A stretch of DNA of 63,605 bases, the filler included, from Octopus bimaculoides (taxonomy: Eukaryota): NCBI RefSeq assembly GCF_001194135.2. It is 6 parts of 6 records of this genome, joined end to end, with 100 filler letters (N's around TTAATTAATTAA, not from the genome) between each part and the next. Parts side by side here need not be neighbours in the genome. Positions count along the whole stretch, not along the records: positions 1 to 10,595 come from NC_068993.1; positions 10,696 to 19,576 come from NC_069004.1; 4 more parts are not named here. One strand, written 5' to 3'. The translations under genes and the position numbers were made by a program. Shown here piece after piece: positions 1-13,720 of this stretch; positions within the stretch are counted from its first letter, which is position 1; each line of letters starts with the position of its first letter. The notes under the pieces are model-generated. The model did not search any database. It saw only the letters and a program-made list of their open reading frames with translations, and had not been told where the DNA came from.

Positions 1-107
1 AATATAATAACAGAATGTTGCTGCTATGCAATACATTTCGTTGTACACGTTTGCTTTTTGATGGTAGATCGAGAGGGTGAACAAGTAAACTTGTGTAATA
101 CGGAACA

Positions 108-146
<39 letters not shown>

Positions 147-164
147 CTTTTCTACTGAATACGG

Positions 165-337
165 AAGGCCTTAAATTTGTGGGGATTATATCGACCTCAG
201 TGTTTCACTGCTACTTAATTTATCGACCCCGAAGGGATGAAAGACAATGTCCACCTCGGCAGAATTTGAACTCAAGACGGACGAAATGCCGCTAAGTATA
301 TTGCCTGGCCTCCTAACGATTCTGCCAGCTCACCGCC
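165..337 (-). mobile_element. tRNA-derived SINE family A (Nin-domain-like)
   Basis: Central motif ttatcgaccccgaa.ggatgaaag..aa.gtc.acctcggc plus A/B-box head on the minus strand. Confidence 0.75.
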
Positions 338-1129
338 TTAATAATAATGATGATGATGATGATATGGATAAATAGATAAGAAATACTAAACACTGAGCCA
401 AACTTATCAAAACCACAATTATTCCAGGAGTCTGCTTTACATTGTCTTTTCTTTCCCTTATACATTCACAGATGTGTCTGTGTGTTGTAATTTCCACACA
501 TCCATTCCATGCAGTTCCTACACTCATCTTCTTAAATTCAGTCCTACTTCTACATGCCCCAAACTTTCTGTCATTATCATTAGTTTCGTGCTGCCTTTCA
601 GTAAATTTCTTGAAACGTGATTGAGAGTACTGAGAATAACCTATGTGAATTAACTAATTATTCTAAGCACGTGTCCGCAAATAGGTGGGTGAGAGCATTT
701 GCCCTTGATACTCAGAATATTTCTAGAACTGTAAGGGTTTGTTCATTGACTTCAAGACAGTAATGCTCGCCTAATGAAACAGCACATTTCGTTAATTTCG
801 TATGAAGTGATTTCGATGATTGCTTTGTTAAATATTCCTTATTTTACTCAATCGTTTCTGCTTAAATCCCTTCCACAAACAGATTTTGTAATTTACCTTA
901 TGGTACTCCTTCATCTACTGCCCTTGCGGTAGTCGTTCAGGTTTTTTGACGGTCGGAGATCAAATCCTGCCGAAATTAATCATTCTGAGATTGATGAAAT
1001 AAAACACTAGCCAAATACTGGATATAAAATTCCAGCATACGCACACACACATACGCACGCACGCACACACGCACGCAAGCACGCACACCGTTTGCTTTTG
1101 TGCCGATGTGAGACGCAACTATAAAACGT

Positions 1130-1378
1130 GGCAGACTTGCAGAATCATTAGAGTGTCGGAGGAAACGCTTCGTATTTGTGCCGACTCTTTATATCCTAAG
1201 TTCAAACCCCAACCGAGGTCAACTTTGCCTTTCACCCTTCTGGGGTCGCAAAAAAAACAACAAAAAAAAACATAAAGCGCCCTTCATGTGCAGCCAATTT
1301 TTCGATGGCATCGATTAATCGCCTCTCTTGAAAGTTTTTGGCCTTGTGCCTCAAACTGAAATAATTATTACGAGTATT
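1130..1378 (+). mobile_element. SINE family A, degenerate
   Basis: gttcaaacc B box followed by gaggtcaactttgcctttcacccttctggggtcg. Confidence 0.6.
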
Positions 1379-2111
1379 ATAATAGTTGTAGTAGTATTAT
1401 TAGTAGTATTATTAGTAGTATTATTAGCAGCAACAGCAGCAGTAGTTCAGGAGTCTGCGATAATAATATCTGATATTAAAGGAATAAAGAGAAATTAATA
1501 CAAATAGCTGCAAAACATGAAATCAAATCAACAAAAACAACCTGTTTTCTGTCTTCAAGGAAGCCAGCAAATAATAAAATCACCACTACAACCACCACCG
1601 CTGACATCATCAGCCTTATTATTATCATTATTATTATTATTATTTCCTTGTTGTTGTTTTCCATTATATTTCACCAATAGTCTCACCCTCACACACACAC
1701 ATTTTTTTTTCTCTAACCATTTGCGAATCACGCCATGCTGCTTTTATTATTACGCATTCAACCCACCCAACTAATTCTTCATTCATTATTGATTATCGAA
1801 TTCGTTGATGTTTTATTAGGGACAAAGGATCACAACAGGATTGCGTTTTCTTCATTTAAAGGATCAAACTCTTCACTTTCTCTTCTTTCACTAGGTTGTT
1901 AGTTTTTTTTTTGTTTTGTTTTGTTTTGTTTACTTATTTTTTTTCTTGTATTGTTCGTTATGTTTTGTTATGCTTTCTCATTCCTCATATACATATATTT
2001 TTACTACCTCTCTATTTTTCATTGCTCACTCCTCATTCCCCCCCCTCTCTCATTTTCCATTTTATTTCGCCTCTGATTTGTTTTTCTATTCATTATTATT
2101 ATTATTATTAC

Positions 2112-2147
<36 letters not shown>

Positions 2148-2312
2148 ATCCACTCAATATCTCTTTTCCTCTTCAATATTTGCCGTCTATTTTCTCTATA
2201 TTATCTTCTTTCACTTTGCGATATTTGCTTTTTCCTTCGTTCTGCATCGTATGCTTTTTCTCTCTCTCTCTCACTCTCTCTCCCCTTCTTTCTCTCTCTC
2301 CCCTTTTCTCTT

Positions 2313-2362
<50 letters not shown>

Positions 2363-3715
2363 ACACTCAACATATCACTTTATATTTCTCTCCATTGATA
2401 TTCTCACACCACTACCATATTACCTGAGATTCTACACCCCACCTCACCTTGCTCTCCTTCTATGCCCTACCCACACCACCACCTTACAAACATCTCCTTA
2501 AGTCATCTCTCCCCCTCCACCACATTACGTTTAAATCTACCTCTCACCGCCACCTTATCGTTCTCTCCTAAAATCTCTCCCCCACAAACATCGCCTTATC
2601 TTTATCTTCTCGAGCATCTTCCTCCACCCACCGCCCTCACCAACATATCTTTATCATATTCAATCTACTCACACATCCTCGTCTGTCGCTCCTTCATTCT
2701 TGTCTCCCTACAACCATGTTATCGTACTCACATTAAACTTCCTCTCCCTACCACTATTTCATATTTCTCTCTTTCAAAATCTTCTCCTCACCACCTGTGT
2801 CGTTCTTCTTTAAATCGCCTTTCCTTGTCACCATCGAAAATTGTTCTCTTTCATTTTACCTCTCCACACTACCATTTTATGTTTGTCTCCATCCGTCTCG
2901 TCTCCCTCTCCTCTTCTCACCAAAAAAACTTCTCCACCACCATCGCCACCCGATATTCCTCTCCTACAATTTTCTTTCTACCACTTCCAAATCTGTCTCT
3001 CTCTCCCCTACTCTCTCTCTCTCTCTCTATCTCTCTCTCCCACTCTCTTTCTATTATTCTTCTACCACTCGGATTTGCTATTATAGTTCTATCAACAAAA
3101 CCGCTTTATATTTCATTCTATAGATATGAACCCATTCGTTTTACCATCTCTGCCATTACGCAATATACATATATNNNNNNNNNNNNNNNNNNNNNNNNNN
3201 NNNNNNNNNNNNNNNNNNNNNNNNNNNNNNNNNNNNNNNNNNNNNNNNNNNNNNNNNNNNNNNNNNNNNNNNNNNNNNNNNNNNNNNNNNNNNNNNNNNN
3301 NNNNNNNATGGAAGGATAGGTAGTAGGAGGGAGAGAGAGGTGTTATATATATATATATAATACCTCTCGTCATGGCCTCTCTCTCAGCGAAAAACTGTAA
3401 ATTTCAAAATATTTCCGTAAATATATTCTAGATTATATCATGTTGATAAGGTATGATACATTGAACACACTAGCATTTAAAATTTACCCTGGATCAGAGG
3501 AAACGCTGGTCTTGCCATTATTCTTCTGTCTTATTCCATTCTTCATGGTCGTATCCGCTCTACAATTCACTTGTTTCTTTTCCAGTTTCTTTTTTTCTTT
3601 CTTTCTTTCTTTCTTTTTTTCTTTCTTTCTCTCTCTCTCTCTCTCTCTACCATATATCCTCTCGCTCTCTCTCTCTACCATATATCCCCCCTCTCTCTCT
3701 CTTTCTCTACCATAC

Positions 3716-3746
<31 letters not shown>

Positions 3747-3766
3747 NNNNNNNNNNTCTACCATAC

Positions 3767-3797
<31 letters not shown>

Positions 3798-3909
3798 TTC
3801 TTTCTACCTATCTATCTATCTGTCTCTCTGTCTGACACTCCGTCTCCCTCTGTATCTGTATCTATTCATCAGTTCACCTCCCCCATTTTCTCCCTCATTC
3901 TCTCTTTTC

Positions 3910-3940
<31 letters not shown>

Positions 3941-3975
3941 TAAATACACATATATATAAATGTATGTATGCATAA

Positions 3976-4030
<55 letters not shown>

Positions 4031-5064
4031 CACACACACACACACACACACACATACACACACATACATACATACATATATACATACATACATACATACA
4101 TACCATACATACATGCATACGAGTTTTTCTCTAGATATCTATCTATTTCAAGCTAAGCCTGCCAAAATTCCTACAACTCTATATATTGTTCATCAAACCG
4201 CTGGTTCTGCTAATCTATGCAGATCTGCTTGTCTGCCATATTGTATACGTGAATACTTGTGTAATTCCTCCCAACACTCTTACACACAGTCTACACATAC
4301 ACAAACTCATAAACACTACATACAAATATACATGTACATACACAAGCATATAGAACAACATACAAATACAAACACATTCATTTCATATTTCTCACTTGTC
4401 TGATTAACTTCCCTCCACAAATACACAACCTGATATTTTTTTCCAGTAATTTTTCGGTCGTATCGGCTGCCTTTATCTGAATTTTCTATTTGCCGCCATC
4501 AAATGATCGGATCGGGAAAAAATACAAAATGCAATAACATACACAGAAATAAATAAATATCTGAATATATGAATGTATAAATGTAAAAAAAAAAACTGTA
4601 GTAGTTACAAGAATAATGTATTAAAGTGAAAATTATGATTATAATAAAATAAAATTTAAAAAAAATTAAACGAAAACATTAATATTTTTTTTCAAAAACT
4701 TAATGTAGAATACCTAAAACAAGGAACGAAAATCAATAAATGACAATTAAAATTGAAATAATACAAATAAACGAAACGAAATTGAAGATGAATTTTACAG
4801 AAAACAAAACCAATAAAAATGTTGTAGGGCAGTATAAAATCGTTTAAATCGTAGCACAAATTGAAGCACACTGAAGACGTAGGGAAGAGACATGTATTCT
4901 ATTGGAATACAGAAAGAGAAAGATGTCTGGTCGGTAGTCTACCATCGTTCTCTATTTCGGTCAAAATTACTTCGGCTAATTTATGTGAGACTATGTTATT
5001 GAGTTCTAATTCCACCGTGGCTGATAGTGTAGCCATGAGTTCGATATAATTCTTTCTAATTTGG

Positions 5065-5276
5065 GTAGAAGGCCAGCAATTTTGAATGGAGAGGAACCAG
5101 TCAATTACACCGATAGTAGTACTTGTACTTTATTTTACTGACCCGTAAGGGTGGCCCCTAAGGATGACAGGCAAATTGAACTCAGCAAGATTTTAATTCA
5201 GAACCTACTGAATCCGATGGAATCCCTTTAAGCGTTTTGGTAGACAGGCTAACGTTTCTCTAAACTCACAGCCTTA
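5065..5276 (-). mobile_element. SINE family A, degenerate
   Basis: Recognisable central domain and head. Confidence 0.55.
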
Positions 5277-7509
5277 GTGTTTGATATAATAACAATGTCA
5301 TTTATGTACTCAGGACGATATATGTAACATCGTTCTTTTCGTGTGAGGTCTTGTAACCCTTCGAGTTAACATGGAATCCTTGATGACAATGTAAACTTCG
5401 TTTGACTAAAGTATCTTTGGCCGGACGAATAGGTAGCAGATTAGCTTTCGTTTGGGTAATTGCTTCTTCCGAGGTTCTTCTAGGCTTGTCATGATACGAA
5501 CACCGTTGAGAGTTTTATACCATAATTCCTCATTTAAGGTTAAATAAGACAACTAGGAAGAAACAAAAGCACTAACCGTATTACTAATGACCCTGTATGT
5601 GGACGCTTGATCGCCTGTACTTTGAATAATATACTATCATGAAATAGGCCAGAATTATTGAACAATGTATGTAGTCCTCGATACACTATATGTGAAAATA
5701 TTTGGAATGGTCATTATTAGAAAAACATTCATGATAGATGCTCTAAATCATGGCTAACATGTGACAAAAATTCGCTATTATAAGCGAGGAATATATAAAC
5801 ATTACAAATTAAAGATTCATGATATCGCATTTCCATTGTGTACCTTGCTGAAATATTGTTGCCGTAGCATGATTAATCTTGATATGTTTTTGTAGAGAGA
5901 ACTGTTATGAACTACTCTGGAAATGACTTCCATAGATACTCCACTGAAATGGAGGAACTAGAAGAATCGTTAGAGCGCATATTTATTTACGTTATCTGCA
6001 CTCTGAATTCAAATCCTGATGAAGCTAAAATCCATTTCATTCTCTTAGAATCAATCAATCAAGTTTGAGAACTTGCATTGAATACGCTCTTTTTTTTTTT
6101 TCTCACTATGTCTCTATTGTAACTGAAATGAAAGTTTTAACTTTGTTACATAGAAACCTACTGATTTGAATCGAAAATATTTAGTGTATACATGTACGGA
6201 ATATCCAGCTGCCTACATTTTAATTTTACCGGTAGGAATTTAGTTCAACAAAGAACTGGAATCTGTTTTGAAACTTACGAGCAATCTATCATACCCATCC
6301 AGGTTTTAGGGAGTTTAATTAACCCTTTTGTTACTATATTTCGTGTTAAAACATGCTGCCTTTAAATGAATTAATTTTGCAAATACTGATGAAAACGTGT
6401 CCATTATTAAGCTGGTGTTTGGGACGTAAAGGAAAACAAAATTTTGATTGAGAGTTTTAATTTAGAACACTTAAAACAGGAAGTTTCTATCATAGAACCA
6501 GGGGCTGTAGCTGCAAGATTGCTATCAAAAGGGTTGAAGACCTACTCTCATATTAATACACAACTCTTAATGACGTATTTTACTTCATATATCGCTTTAA
6601 GAGAAAGAAATAGTTGAATTGCTAAAAGAAGATGAAGAGAAACACCAAGAAATCAAACAAATAAGCAAAGGAAAAAAATATTGATCGCAATTTACTGGAT
6701 CATTTTGACTACTATATATGACGCCAAAATGTGTGTGGGTGCATGTATATGATTTTGTATGTCATGTATTGGAGTTGCTAAGTATCTGAGAATTAAAATC
6801 TGGTAACGAGACTCCCAAGACAAGTGGAATAATTTTTATCTTGCCACGCCCAATTATTCCTACACTACATCACGCGCTATCGACATATGTCTGTCTATAC
6901 GTATATCTTCACACACACATACAGACACACATATATGCGTATATACGCACGTTTATGTATTAAGTAGTCACATTATTACTTATACTTTGTTCTAGGTTCA
7001 CACACAGACACATACCTATAAACTGAGATGCATACTGACATTCATATATAAAGGGAAGGGTATGTCTTTTGAGGGTAGGGCAGAACAATAATTGTAATGT
7101 GTCAGAGGTCGGGAATAATTCCGAACTTCTACAGATGAGAGCTTTTTAAGTGTTTAGATCGGCACAAGATATAAAGATTGATATCATAACACTGATAGGG
7201 GCTTTGTGAAAAGTACTTCAGGAATACCTACCAACACTTACATACTCGCTAAAATGTACACACATACACTCTGACAGACACATAGGTGAACAAAAAAGCT
7301 TATATATGCTCAAACTTTGAGACGAAACACACATACACACATACACACACATTCGCAAATTTCTCAGTATTTCAGGGAATAAATATTTTACGTATATTAA
7401 TGTGTAAAATGAACAGTCTGCAGGAATTTATGTGTGTACATATGTATACATATGTTACATATAAATGTGTTCGTGTCATGTATATATGCATATATACGTG
7501 TGTGTGCCA

Positions 7510-7567
<58 letters not shown>

Positions 7568-10020
7568 NNNNNNNNNNAGCTATAACCATTATTAAGAGGA
7601 ATTTGTTCTGGCATCAGAAGACAATACCTCAAAAAGAAAAATACAAAATCTAGTGTAAACATAAGAAATGTCCCAAACGGAACAGCGGCAATAAAAAAGA
7701 ATAATAATAATAATAATAATAATACTAATAATGATGATGATGATTATGAAGTGGAAGAGCAGGAGGGGAAGCTACAAGCCCCTTACTAAAACGTTCTAGA
7801 ATCTCTTCAATTCTCCACAAGAGGTATGATAACATCAATAACAAAAGTACGAAGAGGCAATGACGATGGCAAGAAAAAACGGAACAGCAAGAACAGTAAT
7901 AACAATAATAATAATAATAATAATAATAATCAATAATAAACTACATGTGGAAGACGTTAAAACGTACTCAAGTTATGAGAAGTTTGCATGTGACTATAAT
8001 TTTCCTTCTCTTTTTTTTTTTCTTGTGGGAAGGTACTTCTAGTTTGATACACGTTTTTTTTTTCTAATTCGCAATGGTGTCATTTTATTGCTGTTGCTGT
8101 TGTTGATGATGATGATGATATGATTAGCATTTTGTGCACTCGGTTTTGTCCTTTTTTTGGGTGTTTTTTTTTTTTTTGTTAGTTGCATTTTCTGTTTAGT
8201 CACAGTTCAGTCTTAATTGAACATTGAACAGAAATTGGATATTTGGCCAGAGATATTTCAATCAGAAGGTTTTAGAAAATCCACACAAGTGTTTCAACAT
8301 CTCCAAAAACTTTTTATTTCTAATTTTGTTATATTGAAGCATGTTTGGCAAAACACGATAAGCAATAATTTTCTCTAATTTTATTTCAAAATTTACAACA
8401 TAAAATAAATGGTTTTTGCGCAATATTCCATGCCAAGTGCACACGTTTTTTTTTTTTTTTGTACTGGTCATCAGGCAGCAACAAAATCTGAAAGACAATT
8501 TTTGAACCATTAGAACGATTGTATGAATATGTGATCTGAGGAAGATAAGACTGCTCTATTTCGAGTAGGCCCCAATGTTCGTTCAGATAATTGCCTGCTT
8601 TTGTTGTTGCCAGCAGCGTTAAGAAAATAGTTTATAGTAATGGGAAATGTAATAAAAAATGAATTTAACGACAAACATAGACTTTCTCTGCCCAACTCCA
8701 CCTCCATAAAAATTCTTAACCGCAGACGCAAACGGCAACATATTCAACAAGAAAAATGACAGCAACAGTAGTGACAAAATAGAAAGATGATAATAATAAG
8801 AAATGTTTATAACAAAACATCTTAGCAGTTGTGTGTGTGTGTGTGTGTGTGTGATGTACGCACGTTTGCGTGTACGTGTGTATGCGTTTATTTGCATACA
8901 CCCATATGTATATATAATCATTTACATACATACGTACACAAACTCATACACATACACGCACACACACACATATATATATATGTATATTTCTTGACATACA
9001 TGTAAGCTTACACACAAGCATATCTATAGATACTCTTTTCCATTTATATGTGTGTGTATTCTTTTGCAATTGTATGTGTATATGTATGTATATTCTTTAT
9101 ATATTCCCGAGTTTGATAAGACATTATTACTTGTTAGCGCTTGTTGTTGTAATTCTAATTGTCTTTATTGTTGTATTCATAAGAGCACTTGAAAGAACCG
9201 CCTCGCCCCGCCTCCTGCTGGCTTCCTATATAAATGTCATATTTAGTGCACTTAATGGCAAGATTTCACACACACACACAAACACACACTCTCACACACA
9301 CGCACATATAGACACAAACACAGGCACTAACGCGCATAATTACTTAGGCGTGTGTGTATGAATATATGTAAGTTGTACTAGTTTGGCAAGTGACTTTATC
9401 AAAGACCTTGTGTTGGAAAAATAAATTCTTTCGTAGCAGAATCATGACATCCATTTAACAGACATGTGTACTGTTTTATTTTTGTAATAGAATACTATAA
9501 AATTATCAAATATATTATAATACATTATAATATTATTACGCATTAAAGCTCAGATGAGTATACAAATATATGGATAATCAGAAATCCAATGATATATACA
9601 GAAATATTAATATGTACACGCGTATATCATGTCAGGTTCACTCTGGAGTGCTATTTGTAACATGTAATCCACTACAACGTGTAACATGGTCGGGTCGTCG
9701 GTAACTAAACTGACAGCCCCATGAATGTTTCTTGATGAGGAGGGCGATTATTGGGGAAAATATGACCCGTCACAGGGCATCTGCTGATCGTCAGTCTCGT
9801 GGCATACTTGCACCCACTGTGGGTATCAATAGTACCGGAAAATGTGATTGGTCTCACACAAATCATTGCCACTTGAAACAAGTTACTGAATGGGTTATCC
9901 GAGGGATTTGGTTACTCCACTTTTTATCCGGATCATCCTAAAAGTGGAAAAAAAATGGAAGAAAGAATAAGATTCTTTGAATCCTCGTATATTGTATACG
10001 ACAAGAGACTCCATCATATA

Positions 10021-10143
10021 CAGGGTGTCCACAAAGTCTGGGTACATGGAGTACATAAAATCACAACATAATTAAATATAAGAAATAATAATTTCTTAAA
10101 GTATGTGTTAATCCCCATGTACTCAAACTTTACGGACACCCTG
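10021..10143. mobile_element. 123-bp Tc1/mariner-type MITE
   Basis: TIRs cagggtgtccacaaagtctgggtacatgg / ccatgtactcaaactttacggacaccctg; TA on both sides. Confidence 0.85.
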
Positions 10144-10595
10144 TATATATATCTGTGTGTATGTGCGCACGCGTGTGTTTATGAAGCTGTATGTGCTTGT
10201 TTTCGGGAGTGTATGGGAGAAATCCAAAGATGTGATTCGTGAGCGGCAGCGGTTTTCGTTACGCTGAAGTTTATTCCATTTGTACTCACGCACATTCGAT
10301 ATAAACACAAATAAATATGTGTATAAATTTGTACAGTGAATGGAAATAACAAACCAGATATTTGAAGAAGCTCTTGCATTTTTCATGAAGGGTACACACA
10401 ACATGTATGCATCCTACTTGAATAAAGCAATGCAGTGTGTCCATAGGTTTTTCAGTCGTAACTGAAACATTACTTGTTTAATAAACAATGGAATCACTTC
10501 CCTAATATGCCTATTCCACTTATATGGCTTTGAATTTAAACTCCGTTCTCTGCATATATACCAGTTGTCATACCTAATATATATATATATATATA

Positions 10596-10695
10596 NNNNN
10601 NNNNNNNNNNNNNNNNNNNNNNNNNNNNNNNNNNNNNNNTTAATTAATTAANNNNNNNNNNNNNNNNNNNNNNNNNNNNNNNNNNNNNNNNNNNN
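10596..10695. other. Synthetic scaffold spacer 44N-TTAATTAATTAA-44N
   Basis: Exactly 100 nt; the 12-mer has stop codons in all six frames; identical design at five sites. Confidence 0.92.
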
Positions 10696-11028
10696 CTGTT
10701 GGACCTTGTAAACTTGCTTGGTTTTGGAACCGTATACAGTTTCTTTTGCAACCTTTGCTGCGTCTTCAGTCTCAATGGCAACTTGGACAGCACGGGCAAA
10801 ATCTAGTTCTGAGTCTTTTATCTTAAAAAGCGCCTTCAGAACCGCTTCATTATTGACTGAACATATGAATCTCTGTCTCAGAGCTTCATCCTGTGGGTTG
10901 GTGATCGCTGGAAAATCACAGGTAGCTGCATCCTGACGTATACGAGCTGCCAGCTCCTGGAGAGTTTCGCCTGGCTTCCGCTGCATATCACTCCAAAACT
11001 TGAAACGCTCTCTCACAATGAAAAGCAA
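10696..11028 (-). mobile_element. Ty3/gypsy gag fragment
   Basis: VRERFKFW....RKPGET.QELAARIRQ.A..CDF.....P.DEALR.RFICS..NEAVLKALF; undisrupted up to the gap. Confidence 0.8.
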
Positions 11029-11029
11029 T

Positions 11030-11255
11030 ATGACTTCTTCATAGCTCAGACAATGGCCCTTTCATACCTTCCTGGTGTAGCCTCGAAACGTTGACTTGCA
11101 CGAATCCTGTTGTGGCCGTCAGGATCTTTTAGAAAATTGTCCACTGGTGTTCTGCTTTGCTGAATCTTCTCAGCAATCTTCCGGTTACTCATTCCTTCTG
11201 CTTTCAGTGCAAGAATCTTCCCTTGCTCAATTTCTGAAAGCTTTGTAGCTGAAAC
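11030..11255 (-). mobile_element. Tc3-like (Tc1/mariner) transposase N-terminal HTH remnant
   Basis: KLSEIEQGKILALKAEGMSNRKIAEKIQQSRTPVDNFLKDPDG. Confidence 0.7.
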
Positions 11256-11994
11256 AAAATGTAATCTGAATCATGGAGATTATCATGTGAGTCAAATATT
11301 TTCTGAAGCAATCTGGTAAAAAATGAGATTGTATTAGTGGCTTTATTGTTTTGAAGTGTTGATATACTATGAAAAATCAGTTAATCAGGTGTTGTAATGT
11401 GATAATAAAGATACGAGGTTTACATTTCAAAGTATTCATGAAATACCCATTTACAATATATAATGTCCCTTAGTCTACTTAAATACAGAGCATAATTTAA
11501 AAAAACATGTGGCTTTATAGTTTTGAATAATAGTTTACATTTAGCTGAAGATTTGCTCCTTGCACTTCTGTAGTCATAAATACACACATGTACATGCACA
11601 CACACACACATACACACACACACAAGCACGCGTAAACGAATGTGTTGACACACATGCTGATATCTGTTGTCGCCAATTGGATTCAAAAGTTGGTGGGTTG
11701 ATAATGGTGATGATGTGGGTTGCATTGGTTTAAATGTTAGTGACAGGGGGCAGGGGTTGATGGTCTTGTCGTGTTTATAGTGTTCTTGCCAATTCTATTG
11801 TTGTGGCTGTTTAGGCTAAAGTCAATTCTTATAGACCTAAGATCAAAAACATTTCATTTAAGTTTTAAAACACTAGGACACTACATTATATGTTTTTATT
11901 TTAAATGGATCTGCTTATCTGTTTCATACTATATTATTACTGTAGCTGTTGGTGTTTGTGTTGATGATAGAAGCACACATGCACACATACATAC

Positions 11995-12435
11995 ACACAT
12001 GATGATGGCTGTCCACTCGTGACCGAGGAAGACCATTACTGACATTCAGGAACATTGTGCGCTCTAGGACTAACTTATATTTTGCATTTGCGGCTCCGTT
12101 GGTGGTTAATGATCCCTGCTCTTGACAAGCATACATGACTGCAAACATGGCAGACCAAGCTTTCCCCATTCACTATACGAGCCGGGCGCTTTCGCACAGC
12201 TCGCTTAAGTTCTTCACGCTGGATACGTGGTCTCGCAAAAGTGTCGATCCCCTCCTTAACCTGCTTCCTCCATCCGTGGCGATGACAGGCATTGTTCTCC
12301 TAGTCAGTGTCCTGCATATCACAGGCCTTTAATGAGGACTTGACACAGTCCTTAAATCGCAGCCTTGGTTTCTGCCAGAGTCTCCTTCCATTCACAAGTT
12401 CTCCATATAGCATCTGCTTAGGAAACCTGCTCTCC
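11995..12435 (-). mobile_element. RTE-clade LINE 3' end with (CAT)n tail
   Basis: Minus strand reads RFPKQMLYGELVNGRR...KPRLRFKDCVKSSLKACD, followed by a 3' UTR ending in catcatcat. Confidence 0.8.
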
Positions 12436-12444
12436 TTCATTCTA

Positions 12445-12740
12445 ATAAAGGACTGGAAGGATGCAATTATTCTTCCTCTATATAAAGGAAAAGGAGCCAG
12501 AACAGTGTGTGGTAACTATAGAGGTATTGCTCTATTATCAGCTGCTGGCAAGGTTCTGGCAAATATTCTTCTTACCTGTCTGAATGGGTGTCTTGTAAAT
12601 GATGTCCTATCTGAATCTCAATGTGGCTTCCGATCTGGTAAAAGGACAATGGATATGATTTTCACAGCAAGACAGATGCAGGTATTCATTGATTTAACAA
12701 AGTCTTTTGATACTGTAAATAGGGCCTTTCTATGGAAAAT
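12445..12740 (+). mobile_element. RTE RT N-terminal fragment (inverted relative to the 3' end)
   Basis: DWKDAIILPLYKGKG....CGNYRGIALLSAAGK...ESQCGFR..RTMDMIF.ARQ.Q/VFIDLTKSFDTVNR, with an internal deletion. Confidence 0.88.
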
Positions 12741-13384
12741 ACATTCATACATGCATACATATGCACACACTTATATATATAAATATATATATATATTTCA
12801 AAAATTTAAACAAAAACGCAATAAATGGAAAATTTTACAAAATCATAACAAACAGAAAATTTGTAACTAATTCTTCATCAGTGAACAATCAATAGATCAT
12901 TGCAATTTTGCACCTTTAACGTTGATATTGTTCACTTTTGGTGGTGCTAGTGGCAAAAAGCCATGGGAAATAGCTTATGAATGTACAGGACAATGATGAA
13001 AACAACCATGACAAAATAAAATATACATATACATCATAAAAAGCCTTGTGGCTGCAAGTCAAACAGATATGGGGGTAACGCAAAGGAAAATGAAAATGTC
13101 CTGTAGGAATGGAGATGAGAGAGGGACAGAGAGAAAGTCAGAATAAAGGAAGAAGTGAAGTATTAGGGAGGGAAAGAGAGAGAAATAGAGAGGGAGGCAA
13201 AAGAAAGGCAAAGAAAGAGAAATATATTTTAATGGGGAAGTCTGATTCTTCTCCGGATTTATGTTTACTATAATCGATATATATAAATATATATATATAT
13301 ATATGTGTGTATACAAATTAAAATTCAGAAAATGGTTGAGATGATTTGAAAACAAAACACATAATAATCATACGGTATGTCTTT

Positions 13385-13475
13385 TCTACTTCTCTGATGA
13401 GATTTTGCCCAAAACAATGATTTAATTATTGGAATTTAATCTTTGGGCAAAACTGAAACAGCCGTAAAAGAATAT
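13385..13475 (+). ncRNA. Degenerate hammerhead-like motif
   Basis: CTGATGA (13394-13400), 11-bp stem TTTTGCCCAAA/TTTGGGCAAAA, GAAAC-AGCC-GTA (one change from the palindrome ACGGCCGT); stem I is poor. Confidence 0.4.
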
Positions 13476-13676
13476 GTTGTCTTTTTTTGCAGTTAATAAA
13501 TTATATTAATGCTACATTCCAATTTTCTGAATTTTAATTTGAATATTTGTAAACTTGGATTTATATTTAGACCTATTATTTCATGAATATCAATATTCAC
13601 AAAAAAAATAATAGGAAATGAACCAGTAATTCATTGGATATTTTTATCCCTTAATGAAGCTATTTTAACCTCTAAT

Positions 13677-13720
<44 letters not shown>

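Noticed and set aside
3646-3820. Direct repeat on both sides of a 10-N gap
   Set aside because: Likely an unmerged contig overlap.
9640-9945. GC-richer island with short ORFs
   Set aside because: No recognisable motif in any frame; probably an old TE fragment.
10640-10651. TTAATTAATTAA as a conserved regulatory or CRISPR-like repeat
   Set aside because: Always centred in exactly 44+44 N; a synthetic spacer.
13059-13100. Strong minus-strand acceptor followed by DIFIFLCVTPISV* as the last exon of the TM gene
   Set aside because: The pyrimidine tract is part of a low-complexity CT run and the frame cannot be assigned.
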